From IMG/VR virus record IMGVR_UViG_3300032331_000843, positions 1 to 60,494 of that record: a DNA stretch of 60,494 nucleotides; one strand, written 5' to 3'. The translations under genes and the position numbers were made by a program. The first letter of the stretch is position 1, and the number at the start of each line of letters is the position of its first letter. This stretch comes from a virus (Duplodnaviria; Caudoviricetes). The notes below the pieces were generated by a model. The model did no database searches. It worked only from the letters and a program-made list of their open reading frames with translations, and was not told the origin of the DNA. Shown here one piece after another: positions 26,885 to 36,215 of the stretch.

Positions 26885-27559
26885 TCATGTTGTAAGCGCC
26901 GATACAAACGTTATTGAGCCAATAGCTGATGGAGTTGCTGGATATGCCATTGGCGTTGTTTGTGCAGCTTGTTGGTGAATGTAAACGCCTGTAGTTCCAC
27001 CAGATGTCGCTGCTAAAGCTGTCCCCCACCATAAACCTACAGTGTCTCCAGCGTTTAACTCAAAGACAACTTCTGAGTAACCACATACGTATGTAGGTAC
27101 ACCAGCGCTTTTACGAGCTGGCAAAGTAAAAATAGTGGTTGAATTCGGTACGTCTGCTGCTGATGTTGAGCCATTAATTCTTAACCAAACAATTGCATCA
27201 TTTATTGTGTTGTCGTTATTAGCAAACTGTAAGCTAAAAGTAATCTTATATACGCCAGAATATAGCGCAGTAGCTGTATTACCAACATTTAACGTAAACC
27301 CACTTCCAAAACTAGTGGTGTCCCAATTTACAATTGTTGCTGTGTTATTACCAGTTGCGTATTGTGTGGTGCTATCTGATGCTTCAATAAACGGGAAACT
27401 TAAAAAACTACCGCCGTCTGTGTTTGCTAATTGAGTTAAAGCCTCACTTAAACGATTGAAATACAAACGCAAAGCATACTGAAACTGATCCTGTTGATTC
27501 TTATCATAATCAATTGATGGTAATGGTAACGATGGAGCGGTTACGTTATAGAAACCCAT
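26885..27559 (-). CDS. Tail-associated protein (C1q/TNF-like C-terminus)
   Basis: SGVYKITFSLQF..LNAGDTV. Confidence 0.6.
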   Translation of the reverse strand: MGFYNVTAPSLPLPSIDYDKNQQDQFQYALRLYFNRLSEALTQLANTDGGSFLSFPFIEASDSTTQYATGNNTATIVNWDTTSFGSGFTLNVGNTATALYSGVYKITFSLQFANNDNTINDAIVWLRINGSTSAADVPNSTTIFTLPARKSAGVPTYVCGYSEVVFELNAGDTVGLWWGTALAATSGGTTGVYIHQQAAQTTPMAYPATPSAIGSITFVSALTT

Positions 27560-29445
27560 TATCGTTTTCCGTCCTTCTGACCATCAAGCCTTGGATTACC
27601 TAGTTGCCACTGAACATCTAAGTCAACTGAAGATGCCTTGAATGCCATCTGGCGCGCTCTTGCACGAATGAATACTTGGTTTGTGTACTGCTCAACAGGT
27701 ATAGATGTCGTCTCAACAACAGGCTCTTCTGCCTCTGTTTCATAGTTTGCACCAGGGAAGTTGCGCGGCTTCATGGTTACATAAGCTGTTGGCGTTGCTG
27801 CTGTTGACCCTTGGAAAGAAATGTCGGGAATAATTCTTTTAATCAACATAAACTCTGTACCGTCTTCTAAGTCAAAGTCTGATGACTGGATGTAAGACGA
27901 CATTGGTAATGTATCGTTATTTGTACCACGCTCTTGGTCGTAAATAATGCCTGTTTCCCAAGTGGTTGGGTCTGTATAAACGGCTTGAGGATATTGGCGT
28001 AACGGGCTATCTATCCATGCAGAACGCTCAATGTCTCCGTAGTACCATATCTTTTCCAAGTGGTTGTAGATAACGTATCTATTATTGTATTGAGAGTTTG
28101 CGCTAGGATAGAACCACCAAATCTCGTTCCATCCCTCGTTAGTCGAGCAGATAACCTGATCTATTTGACCGTAGTTGATGTCTTCAAAAACATAGTTTCT
28201 TAGCGTGCATGGTAATGTTTGAACGCTACCAGTGTAGTAGTAGAACTTATCTTTACCCATCCAGTATGTCGTGTTATTGACAACAGAGACAGCTCTAGGG
28301 CTAATGATTGATATATTGTCTGACATCTCTGTCAAGCTAAATACGGCTGTTGTTCCAGTAAACTGCATTGAATTCAACGTCGCATCAGTGAAAATCAATA
28401 TCTCTTGGCGTGTTGGAATACCTCTAATAATTTTAGAACCTCGAGAAACTCTCAAGAAACCAGCAGATGATGTTGGCCCAGGCGTCCAATTTTCAGGTGC
28501 GTTCTGGCTTGCCCATCTAATTAATAGAGGGTCAAAATCACCGCCTCCGTAAGGTGTAGAACCAAATGCAAGTAAATGCTTATCGTTCTGAGATACTAAA
28601 GCTTGAGTGACTTCTGTTGGAACGTCAGTGGCGCCACCAACAGCTGACAATAATATGGCATTAGTATCCAAAGCAGTTGACGGGTTTGAGGATGCTCCGC
28701 GTTCCCAAATGTAAAGTGGGCCATTACGGATGTTCATAATCAAGTCATTATCAAACTGGTCAAAGAACCAATCCTGCTGTTGGAATGAAACAGGAGTGGT
28801 TGATCCAGAACCCCATGCTCCACGCCCCCATGTTGATGTTCCCCAGCCATAACCAAACGTTGTGACTGGGTAGCCAACAGGAATCTGAAACTTGGCAATA
28901 ATTGCAGTGCCACCTTGATTGGAGGTGGTTGATGTAGCAGCTGTTGTGGTTTGAATCGTAAAGTTATTTACATCAACAATTGAAACAATCTTAAATGACG
29001 AATTAAATTCACTTTGCGGTATGCCAGCTATTGGGCCTACAACACCAGAAAACGTTACCCAATCCCCCACTGCTGCTCCATTGCCAGCAATATTGACGTT
29101 AATGGTTGTAGAACCGTTTGTTGTGTCAAAACAGTTATCAGTTGTAGGCGTTGTTAAAGTTGTTCTTAGTGGAGTGATATCGTATAAGTTACCACCAACA
29201 TCAATGTAAACCTTTTGGTTTGTTCCTAATGCTAGGAAGTTATCGCCAAATGTTGTAGTCCAACCAAACATTTGACGGCATGCACCGACAATGGTATTTA
29301 CAGTATATCTAAGCCAGCCACCTATCTTTTGAGGATAGCTTGATCTAAACCTAATTTTGTCGCACGCAAACCAACCACCCTCGTTAGCATAGTTTGTTTG
29401 GTCTCTATTAACGCCAGGCTTAAATTGTAGTTTCTGTAATGGCAT
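27559..29445 (-). CDS. Tail hub/stabilisation protein (P22 gp10-like) with ubiquitin-FCCH-like insert
   Basis: FKPGVNRDQT..KIGGW; IRWASQ; EIWWFYPS. Confidence 0.75.
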   Translation of the reverse strand: MPLQKLQFKPGVNRDQTNYANEGGWFACDKIRFRSSYPQKIGGWLRYTVNTIVGACRQMFGWTTTFGDNFLALGTNQKVYIDVGGNLYDITPLRTTLTTPTTDNCFDTTNGSTTINVNIAGNGAAVGDWVTFSGVVGPIAGIPQSEFNSSFKIVSIVDVNNFTIQTTTAATSTTSNQGGTAIIAKFQIPVGYPVTTFGYGWGTSTWGRGAWGSGSTTPVSFQQQDWFFDQFDNDLIMNIRNGPLYIWERGASSNPSTALDTNAILLSAVGGATDVPTEVTQALVSQNDKHLLAFGSTPYGGGDFDPLLIRWASQNAPENWTPGPTSSAGFLRVSRGSKIIRGIPTRQEILIFTDATLNSMQFTGTTAVFSLTEMSDNISIISPRAVSVVNNTTYWMGKDKFYYYTGSVQTLPCTLRNYVFEDINYGQIDQVICSTNEGWNEIWWFYPSANSQYNNRYVIYNHLEKIWYYGDIERSAWIDSPLRQYPQAVYTDPTTWETGIIYDQERGTNNDTLPMSSYIQSSDFDLEDGTEFMLIKRIIPDISFQGSTAATPTAYVTMKPRNFPGANYETEAEEPVVETTSIPVEQYTNQVFIRARARQMAFKASSVDLDVQWQLGNPRLDGQKDGKR

Positions 29446-29453
29446 GGTTTACC

Positions 29454-29930
29454 CTAAGATTCATATAGGGCTTTTTCGCCCCTGCGACGTTTATCTAGCC
29501 CTTTTAGCACTTTACCACCAGCTTTGTTCCACTTCAAGAACTCTTCTGCCGCAGCCTCAAATTCTTTACGGTTGTGCTTCATACGCAGGGTGCTGTTTTG
29601 TAGGTTGCCAAGACCTACGTTGAACGAAAAACTAACCAAAGCATCAAACTGACCCTGAGTCATTTCGCCTGGGCATAAGCGATGAACACCCGCCTCAAAG
29701 CGTGTTAGGTCTTTCTTAAGGATGTCGTTTACTTCATCCATGCTTAGAACCCTATCCCAACCTGTAGGAATAGGTAGTTGTTTTCTATCAGCCAGTTTAA
29801 CTTTAGCGTGATTGGGGTCAATAACGTGGCCCACGCCACAAGTCCAAAGCAAGGCTGGACACTGATACGGGGTTGTTCGGACGCCTTCATCATGCTTAAT
29901 CATTTCTATTAGTTTTTCACTTACTTTCAT
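29454..29930 (-). CDS. GH24 lysozyme (endolysin)
   Basis: EGVRTTPYQCPALLWTCGVGH; QFDALVSFSFNVG; GLDKRRRGE. Confidence 0.93.
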   Translation of the reverse strand: MKVSEKLIEMIKHDEGVRTTPYQCPALLWTCGVGHVIDPNHAKVKLADRKQLPIPTGWDRVLSMDEVNDILKKDLTRFEAGVHRLCPGEMTQGQFDALVSFSFNVGLGNLQNSTLRMKHNRKEFEAAAEEFLKWNKAGGKVLKGLDKRRRGEKALYES

Positions 29931-30462
29931 AAGCCCACCCAGATTTCTTACTAGCCCACTTTTTTGCTGTTATTTTGTTTATGTTATAAAAACGTGCCAC
30001 TTCACTAAACCCGTTAAAAACTCCGTCTGGCGTAGTAACTATGTTCTTGCATTTACCAGCAGACATTTTTTTAAGGGAGCTTTGTGTGTGCTTTTTACCG
30101 TGGAAAGGATTACCAATTCCGTTTTTGTCATAAGTCCAGCCTTGGTTTTTTCTTTGTTTGTAGTTAATAAACTTACTTCTATCCCCACCTAGACCACCAA
30201 CAGCCTCATTCCAACCAACTTGAAATTGTGGGCGAAGCTCTGTTTCTTTTAAGTAACATTCTTCTTTGGTTCCCGTAAAAACAATATCTTTTACTAAGTT
30301 ATCCCAACCGTGCTTATTTATAGCGTTTGCAAAATGGCAATCAAGTTTTGCAGTCACCTTTAAGTGTCTGTACATTCTTTCTTTAAAATTTAACGCAACA
30401 CCAATATAGCCTTGTGTAGCCATATCGGTATGCTCTTTTAAATGAACCCAGTAAACAATCAT
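29917..30462 (-). CDS. GIY-YIG homing endonuclease with NUMOD3
   Basis: IVYWV..GYIG..R..H; E; GWN; NPFHGKKHTQSSLKKMS. Confidence 0.85.
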   Translation of the reverse strand: MIVYWVHLKEHTDMATQGYIGVALNFKERMYRHLKVTAKLDCHFANAINKHGWDNLVKDIVFTGTKEECYLKETELRPQFQVGWNEAVGGLGGDRSKFINYKQRKNQGWTYDKNGIGNPFHGKKHTQSSLKKMSAGKCKNIVTTPDGVFNGFSEVARFYNINKITAKKWASKKSGWAYESK

Positions 30463-30962
30463 TTCTTAGACCATCCTCTTGAGCCAAACCAATACCCCAC
30501 GATTCCGCCCAGCATAGCCATCTCATCATCGCTAAAAATCTCATCAGAAATCTTCAACAAATCATCAATGTTTCCAATAACGCCAGGATGCGTAAATACG
30601 TATACACCGATACCTACGTTAATCACAAACAACTCAGCTACGAACAAGTAAGTCACCATCGGGCGAACTGTAGCTACGAATGTAGAAGCCCATGGAGCTG
30701 CCTTAGCCAACACCTTAGCGTCATGCTCATAAGCAGCCTTAGTCATTTCCGCATCAGTCTGCATCATTACTTGGTCAGTGCGAATCTCTTCTACCTTGGC
30801 TTGTGCAGCATAGCCGCGCTCTAGCATCTGTAGCTCACGCTCGGTTTGCATCTTGGCAAGGTCAAGCTCATGCGCCTTGTCAGACTTATCTTGGAAGAAT
30901 CCTAATACGCTTGGCAATCCTGAGATTAACAAGCCACCTAGTGTTGAAATTAACGATAACAT
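30459..30962 (-). CDS. Holin-like membrane protein (3TM type)
   Basis: TM segments; TVRPMVTY; GYWFGSR; next to the endolysin. Confidence 0.7.
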   Translation of the reverse strand: MLSLISTLGGLLISGLPSVLGFFQDKSDKAHELDLAKMQTERELQMLERGYAAQAKVEEIRTDQVMMQTDAEMTKAAYEHDAKVLAKAAPWASTFVATVRPMVTYLFVAELFVINVGIGVYVFTHPGVIGNIDDLLKISDEIFSDDEMAMLGGIVGYWFGSRGWSKK

Positions 30963-30963
30963 T

Positions 30964-31416
30964 TTATTGGCCCAATCTATTTGTAGTTGCGCGTTTAAGG
31001 GTATTCATCTCTGAACGTAACGTAGAACTTGTCACATCCAACTCAACTTTCTGTGCAGCTAGACCAGAGCGTAACTCTTTCTGTGTGCTTTCTGCAACAA
31101 TCTTAGCCTCACGAGCGGCCATCAACGCCTCAGCTAGACGCTCCTGCATCTTGGCAATTACTTCACGTTGGTCAGCTACCTTCTCTTCTAAGGCTTTTGC
31201 CTTACGCTCTGCACTTGATGCGGATGAAGCCGTGTCGCTGTAGCCTTCGTACATCTCTTTAACTTCGTTGAATTTGGTAATACCTGTATATCCAGCGCCT
31301 AAAATAGCAGGTACGCCAGCAATAATGAAGCCAGCCACCATGGTGTTTTGCTTGGCCCAAGTCACCCACTTATCTACGAATCCCTGTACTTTGTCTAATT
31401 TATCTAAATCACTCAT
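30964..31416 (-). CDS. TM plus coiled-coil protein (spanin-like?)
   Basis: N-terminal TM and long coiled coil. Confidence 0.55.
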   Translation of the reverse strand: MSDLDKLDKVQGFVDKWVTWAKQNTMVAGFIIAGVPAILGAGYTGITKFNEVKEMYEGYSDTASSASSAERKAKALEEKVADQREVIAKMQERLAEALMAAREAKIVAESTQKELRSGLAAQKVELDVTSSTLRSEMNTLKRATTNRLGQ

Positions 31417-32495
31417 TGCTCAAATCCTAAGTCTTGGTTATATGCTGGTTGGTTATAACTTGTCTGGCTGATTAAGCCCAACATGATTGTGTCCTGCGTC
31501 CACATCACATTCGGTATGTTCTGTACGATGCTCACTTCTGGAAAGAGATTCGGTTGCTGAAGTCCGGGTTTCACAAATAGCTCCAACGACAACGCAAGGC
31601 CAACCGAGCTTCTTACCTTCCCTTTTGGTGGTGGGGATAGGGATACCTGTGTACTCGAGGTTGTCTGAGAATCCGTCTTGCTCTGCGATGTCTCTGTGCT
31701 GGCGGTCGGGGTCGTTGCCGAGTTCAACACAGAATTTGGGGTCGGTGCAGTTACAGGTGAGGATTGGATTGTTGGGGCAGATATGGTCGAAGCTGGATTC
31801 AGGGGCGACACAGGATTGGTCGGGTTGTTTACCGACTTCTTGCACGTATCTTGCGTCGTTACCCATGGCCCAAAAACTGGTTGTCCGTACGGGTCTGGGC
31901 ATGTCGAGGAACGAGTCTGGGTAATGCTCCCCGTAAAGCCTGTCTGGCAAGCTAGAGTTTGTTGTTGGCTGCTTATTTGGCATGTTGGCTGGTTTTGGAC
32001 GCAGCTGTCTTGGATTTTGAACCAGTCGGTTTGGACTGGCTGACCATAGCTACCTGACGGGCAGTTGGTTTCTTTTTTCCAGGTTTGCGTGCCGCTGTAG
32101 TTAACGGGGCAGCTTCTTGTTTCTGTTTGCGCTGAGTAGGTGCAGGTGACTGAGTTTGGGGTGCAAGTGTTTTGGATGGTTGTCCAAGGTTGCCACGTGT
32201 TGTCTGGGCAGGTTTTGGTTCTGCTTTGCGTGACTTGACCACTATAGTTGGTTGGACAGCTTTGGGTTTGCGTTTGGGTTTCAACTTGGCATGTGCTTGG
32301 GCAACTGGTTGAGATCCCTGGGTAGTATTGACACGCAAGGGCTTGGCATTGAGCAAGAGTTGTTGTTCCATCGACAAAGAGCGACCCATAAATAGGCGCT
32401 CCATTAGCCCACGAACCTGCATAGCAAGCAGCTTGAACATCATTGACCCTCAGTAGACTGCACAGTAATAGTAACGATAGGAGGAACCGAACCAT
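31413..32495 (-). CDS. Exported Cys-rich repeat protein (start 32495)
   Basis: Signal peptide; three TQTxSCPxNYSG..TCP..W..QxTC repeats; S/T/P-rich linker. Confidence 0.75.
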   Translation of the reverse strand: MVRFLLSLLLLCSLLRVNDVQAACYAGSWANGAPIYGSLFVDGTTTLAQCQALACQYYPGISTSCPSTCQVETQTQTQSCPTNYSGQVTQSRTKTCPDNTWQPWTTIQNTCTPNSVTCTYSAQTETRSCPVNYSGTQTWKKETNCPSGSYGQPVQTDWFKIQDSCVQNQPTCQISSQQQTLACQTGFTGSITQTRSSTCPDPYGQPVFGPWVTTQDTCKKSVNNPTNPVSPLNPASTISAPTIQSSPVTAPTPNSVLNSATTPTASTETSQSKTDSQTTSSTQVSLSPPPKGKVRSSVGLALSLELFVKPGLQQPNLFPEVSIVQNIPNVMWTQDTIMLGLISQTSYNQPAYNQDLGFEQ

Positions 32496-32919
32496 ACAAT
32501 TTCTTAAACTTATCAGGATAACGCTTAATCCACTCGTTACGTGCAGCATCACCAACGAGACCGTCGATTGGACAAGGCGTACCGCTCATCATCATGGCAT
32601 CCCAGTTCTCTTCACGTGCTGAACAAGCAATTGATACAGCAGCAACTTTTAAACCAGAATCTGATAAAAATTTAGCCCATTTACGCCTTGAGCAATCTTC
32701 GTCCATCATATAGGATCCACCAGAAAATCCAATGACCGTAGAGCTAATAGCCCCAGAGACAGCGACCAAGCAGTTATCTTGGCTGAATGAACTTATGCTT
32801 GGAGCCATAGCGCCAGCTGGTGGCTGACCTTTGTAGTTGATAGTTGTGTCTTGGGCCATGGCTTTAGCAGCTAAACCACCTAGCAATAAACCAACTAAAA
32901 AGTAGGCAACGGTACGCAT
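32440..32919 (-). CDS. Exported Cys-containing protein
   Basis: Signal peptide; PPAGAMAPS..C..DEDC..GLKVAAVSIAC..GTPCP. Confidence 0.75.
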   Translation of the reverse strand: MRTVAYFLVGLLLGGLAAKAMAQDTTINYKGQPPAGAMAPSISSFSQDNCLVAVSGAISSTVIGFSGGSYMMDEDCSRRKWAKFLSDSGLKVAAVSIACSAREENWDAMMMSGTPCPIDGLVGDAARNEWIKRYPDKFKKLYGSVPPIVTITVQSTEGQ

Positions 32920-33137
32920 CACTGCCCCCAAATCTTCGTGCCAATAGGCTGAGAGGTAGCGTTAATTGAAACAGACTGTTTTGGTGCTGAAAGGTCTTGC
33001 CCACAATCATTGCATTTCTGCGCTGCTAACTCTGATTCATCTACATCACGACTACAACTTGGGCAGTAGATTTCAATAGTATGGCGTGGCTCAACCACCT
33101 GACCATCTAGTTTTACAGCTTCGTTTTGGATAATCAT
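32919..33137 (-). CDS. Zn-ribbon protein
   Basis: CPSC..CNDC. Confidence 0.65.
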   Translation of the reverse strand: MIIQNEAVKLDGQVVEPRHTIEIYCPSCSRDVDESELAAQKCNDCGQDLSAPKQSVSINATSQPIGTKIWGQ

Positions 33138-33877
33138 GGCCCGTACTTTCTATATTCAACAATAAAACCATAAGACTTTTGTGAGTAACCAACAATAGTG
33201 TTTTTATATGGAAACTGAATTAGCTTAACTTGTTCTTCAACTGGCAAGTCATCAAAGTGGGTCGCAACATACGTGTACACAACGGGTTGGCTTGGATCAA
33301 CAATTGAATATTTTGCAAACCCGCCTTCAACGTATTCATAATATTCTGTTGGTTGGTTTGTTGTATTGTCGTACATAACCCAAGGATAGGTAGTGCCGTT
33401 GTACTCTGTGTCTGAATAATAGTACTCAGTTACTTCACCGTTTCTAGAGCGAATTAAGTTATTATTGCCCCACGCAAAATAATTTGCCCAATCTTCTTCG
33501 GTATCAACGTTAAAGTTGGTATGGTCGTAAGTAACCCCGTTCATGTTGCCGTTTAGTTGCATATCTGCAATGCACTCATCCTTTGTTTTAACTGGCTGAG
33601 ATAAGAGAGCACATACTTTTTGGTAACACAAATACCAATCATCAATCAGTTGATACTCTAAAGGCAAAAAACCAAACGCCGTCTGGTATGCTTCAAAATA
33701 GGTGTACTGCCCTAAAGTTGGATTAGCCCAAATTTGTGCGCGGTCTACTGGGTTAGAACTAAATGGATTCCAAGTAGGGGATGTGTACACTATATTTTCA
33801 TAACCGTCGGGTATTGGTGGGCTTGTATAACCACCGCCTTGTGGAGCCTGGTCATAAACTAGTACGCTATATTTCAT
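33134..33877 (-). CDS. Hypothetical Tyr-rich protein in the tail-fibre region
   Basis: 247-aa ORF. Confidence 0.7.
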   Translation of the reverse strand: MKYSVLVYDQAPQGGGYTSPPIPDGYENIVYTSPTWNPFSSNPVDRAQIWANPTLGQYTYFEAYQTAFGFLPLEYQLIDDWYLCYQKVCALLSQPVKTKDECIADMQLNGNMNGVTYDHTNFNVDTEEDWANYFAWGNNNLIRSRNGEVTEYYYSDTEYNGTTYPWVMYDNTTNQPTEYYEYVEGGFAKYSIVDPSQPVVYTYVATHFDDLPVEEQVKLIQFPYKNTIVGYSQKSYGFIVEYRKYGP

Positions 33878-33886
33878 AATATACCT

Positions 33887-34459
33887 TTAACGGAAAGCTA
33901 AACCATTCATCCAACCAACAGCTGAATAACGTTCGCCTTTTGTAATTGGAGTAACTGTGTGTGGGATAAACGAAGGAAATACAAACACTGCACCTTGTTT
34001 TTTAGGTAATAAAACGTTATTACTACCGTGCCTATCCCCTAAAATAAAATCACCGCCAACGTAGTCTTTTGGGTCAGATAACTGCACACTTAACGATAAT
34101 TTGCGCTGCATTCCGTTCTCTTGTGCTGGGTAAGAGTCCTCATGCCAATCATAAAAACAGCCTTCAGCATATTGAGCAATTTGTATTGGCTCTAAATTAG
34201 ATATATTAAATAACCATTCAGCTTCTCTGTTAGCCCTAAAAAAAGCGGCTTCCATCATTTCTGCTAACACACCTTCCGGATTTAAAATAGTTATATTAGT
34301 TTTACGGATTTTATGGTCTGTTTTAGTGTCGTTTGGAATACCTACTTGAGCATCCATTATTTCTTGTTGCCTGTCTACCACACATTTTTTTACGATGTCG
34401 TTACACATATCTATAGGCATACCATCTTCAACATACCAATATAAATTTTTAACTAGCAT
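33887..34459 (-). CDS. 2OG-Fe(II) oxygenase (prolyl-hydroxylase-like)
   Basis: YDWHED..RKLSLSVQL..YVGG..VFPSFIPHTVTPITKGERYS. Confidence 0.92.
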   Translation of the reverse strand: MLVKNLYWYVEDGMPIDMCNDIVKKCVVDRQQEIMDAQVGIPNDTKTDHKIRKTNITILNPEGVLAEMMEAAFFRANREAEWLFNISNLEPIQIAQYAEGCFYDWHEDSYPAQENGMQRKLSLSVQLSDPKDYVGGDFILGDRHGSNNVLLPKKQGAVFVFPSFIPHTVTPITKGERYSAVGWMNGLAFR

Positions 34460-35078
34460 CTGTTATTTCCAATAGTTTAGTTGATAGGTCGTTTGTTAAT
34501 AATTGCATTGACTGTAATGAAACACCGTTAAGTATGCACGCTCTTGTACTTTCAATGTACGGCAACAATTCCGATTTAAACTCAGGGTGTTCGCGCATGG
34601 TTTCAAAATGGTCTGACGGAATGTGCCCATCAGTTAGTAAAAAGTTTTCTGCCCTACGCATTAGTTCAAACTTCCACTCCTCTTGTTGCATGGCTTGATG
34701 AGCTTCGGGCAAAGGTAAATGACCGTATTTTCTATGTGGCTCTAACCTAACCATACACTTTTGTATAAAATTCAGTTCATCCTGCGCGGCATCAATATTA
34801 CGTTGGGTGAGTTTTTTACTTAGTTTAATCTCTAGTAAATCTGCTTGCGCTTCTAGTACTTCATAGGGTTTAGATTCGGGGCTATTTATTGTTTCCTCTA
34901 GTTTCATTATATGGGCTTGTAGTTTCATGTCGCTGACTTGCACTCTACTTAAAGCCATTTCACGTTCTTCTTCTAAGTCACAAAGCAGTGAATACGCCGC
35001 ATCTGGAGTATGGCAAGAACCCACTAAAAAATTTAATATTTGAAAATTAGAATTTTGTCTATTATTTTTTGAAATCAT
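34449..35078 (-). CDS. Hypothetical coiled-coil protein next to the adhesin
   Basis: 209-aa ORF. Confidence 0.7.
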   Translation of the reverse strand: MISKNNRQNSNFQILNFLVGSCHTPDAAYSLLCDLEEEREMALSRVQVSDMKLQAHIMKLEETINSPESKPYEVLEAQADLLEIKLSKKLTQRNIDAAQDELNFIQKCMVRLEPHRKYGHLPLPEAHQAMQQEEWKFELMRRAENFLLTDGHIPSDHFETMREHPEFKSELLPYIESTRACILNGVSLQSMQLLTNDLSTKLLEITDAS

Positions 35079-36205
35079 TGAAGTCCACCGTTTACATTAG
35101 ATGCTGATGTACCAGCAACCATATTTCCCGTTACAGGGAAAGCCGTGCCCGCAGCCATAACGCCACTAGAATAAGTAAATTTTTTAACAGTAGTTATACG
35201 CCCTGATGGAGTACCAGCGGGCCAGTTACCGCCTGTAATAATTGCAACTGCGCTTCCAGAAATACCAACAGCTGTGATAAACCCATTACTTGGTTCATAC
35301 GAAGTAGAAGTCCCTATGGTATCACTAGAAAATGTGTATGTGTTTGTTGTAGTATAGTAATTAAACCCCGTTTGACCTCCATACAAATATCCAGTTGTAC
35401 TAGTACAGGTTGCCGCTTTGGAATTTGAAGGTGCAGGAGCAGTTAGCGAAGTGCCGGATGACACCACGTCCCCCGAGTAAGTGTATTTAACAGACGTTAA
35501 TAAAGTGGGGGCTGGATAACCTGTACCTGTACCGCCCTGAACAATACCACGAGTTGAATTACCAATACCCGCTCCGGTAGATACAACATAACTTAAAGCT
35601 GTCCCAGTAGTGAAAGAGTTTCCAGAATAGCTATATTTATTTACCACATTGCTAGATGTTACAGCGGCAGGGCTTCCACCGCAAGAATAACCGATAGTTC
35701 TTGTACATAAACCAATTGTTGAATTAATTGCTGTTGGTAAGTTAGTTTTGGTAACTCGGGCGCCAGTTGAGTAAGTAAACTCTTCATTTATTGTGGTGTA
35801 ACTTACACTTGGGCTAACCGAGTTATTAAATCCGCCCATTAAATACGCCGCAGTTTGGCTACTAACAGATTGGTATCCTACAGCTAGTCTAAATACACTT
35901 GTAGTGCCAGACATTGTAGACCAAGTATCCGAACTAAAAGTATACCTATATACCGCAGTTGAGCTTGTACCAGGGACTCCATAAACACCATTTTGAACTA
36001 GTCCATACGCAATAATAGCTGATGTGCCATAAAAACTAAATATACCAATAGCACCGCTAGATGGTACTGCGCCGTTAGTTCCAGTTGTACCAGAGGGGAC
36101 ATAAGTACCACCCGCATAATATTCACTTAAGCTTATGGGATTAGCGCCACCAAATTCGGTTTGTATGTCGTTTAAAGATAGTGGGCCAGACGATGGTAAT
36201 GGCAT
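35075..36205 (-). CDS. Tail-tip adhesin: fibre-anchoring N-terminus plus kelch-like propeller
   Basis: MPLPSSGPLSLNDIQTEFGG..SLSEYY; about six GG..YTxSxD repeats. Confidence 0.75.
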   Translation of the reverse strand: MPLPSSGPLSLNDIQTEFGGANPISLSEYYAGGTYVPSGTTGTNGAVPSSGAIGIFSFYGTSAIIAYGLVQNGVYGVPGTSSTAVYRYTFSSDTWSTMSGTTSVFRLAVGYQSVSSQTAAYLMGGFNNSVSPSVSYTTINEEFTYSTGARVTKTNLPTAINSTIGLCTRTIGYSCGGSPAAVTSSNVVNKYSYSGNSFTTGTALSYVVSTGAGIGNSTRGIVQGGTGTGYPAPTLLTSVKYTYSGDVVSSGTSLTAPAPSNSKAATCTSTTGYLYGGQTGFNYYTTTNTYTFSSDTIGTSTSYEPSNGFITAVGISGSAVAIITGGNWPAGTPSGRITTVKKFTYSSGVMAAGTAFPVTGNMVAGTSASNVNGGLQ

Positions 36206-36215
36206 TTAATACCCC

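Noticed and set aside
16050-28552. Antisense (+ strand) ORFs across the late operon
   Set aside because: Mirror-frame shadows of long - strand genes, with no independent signals.
31453-32443. Several long overlapping ORFs in other frames
   Set aside because: No RBS or recognisable motifs; explained as shadows of a GC-richer Ser/Thr/Gln/Cys-coding gene.
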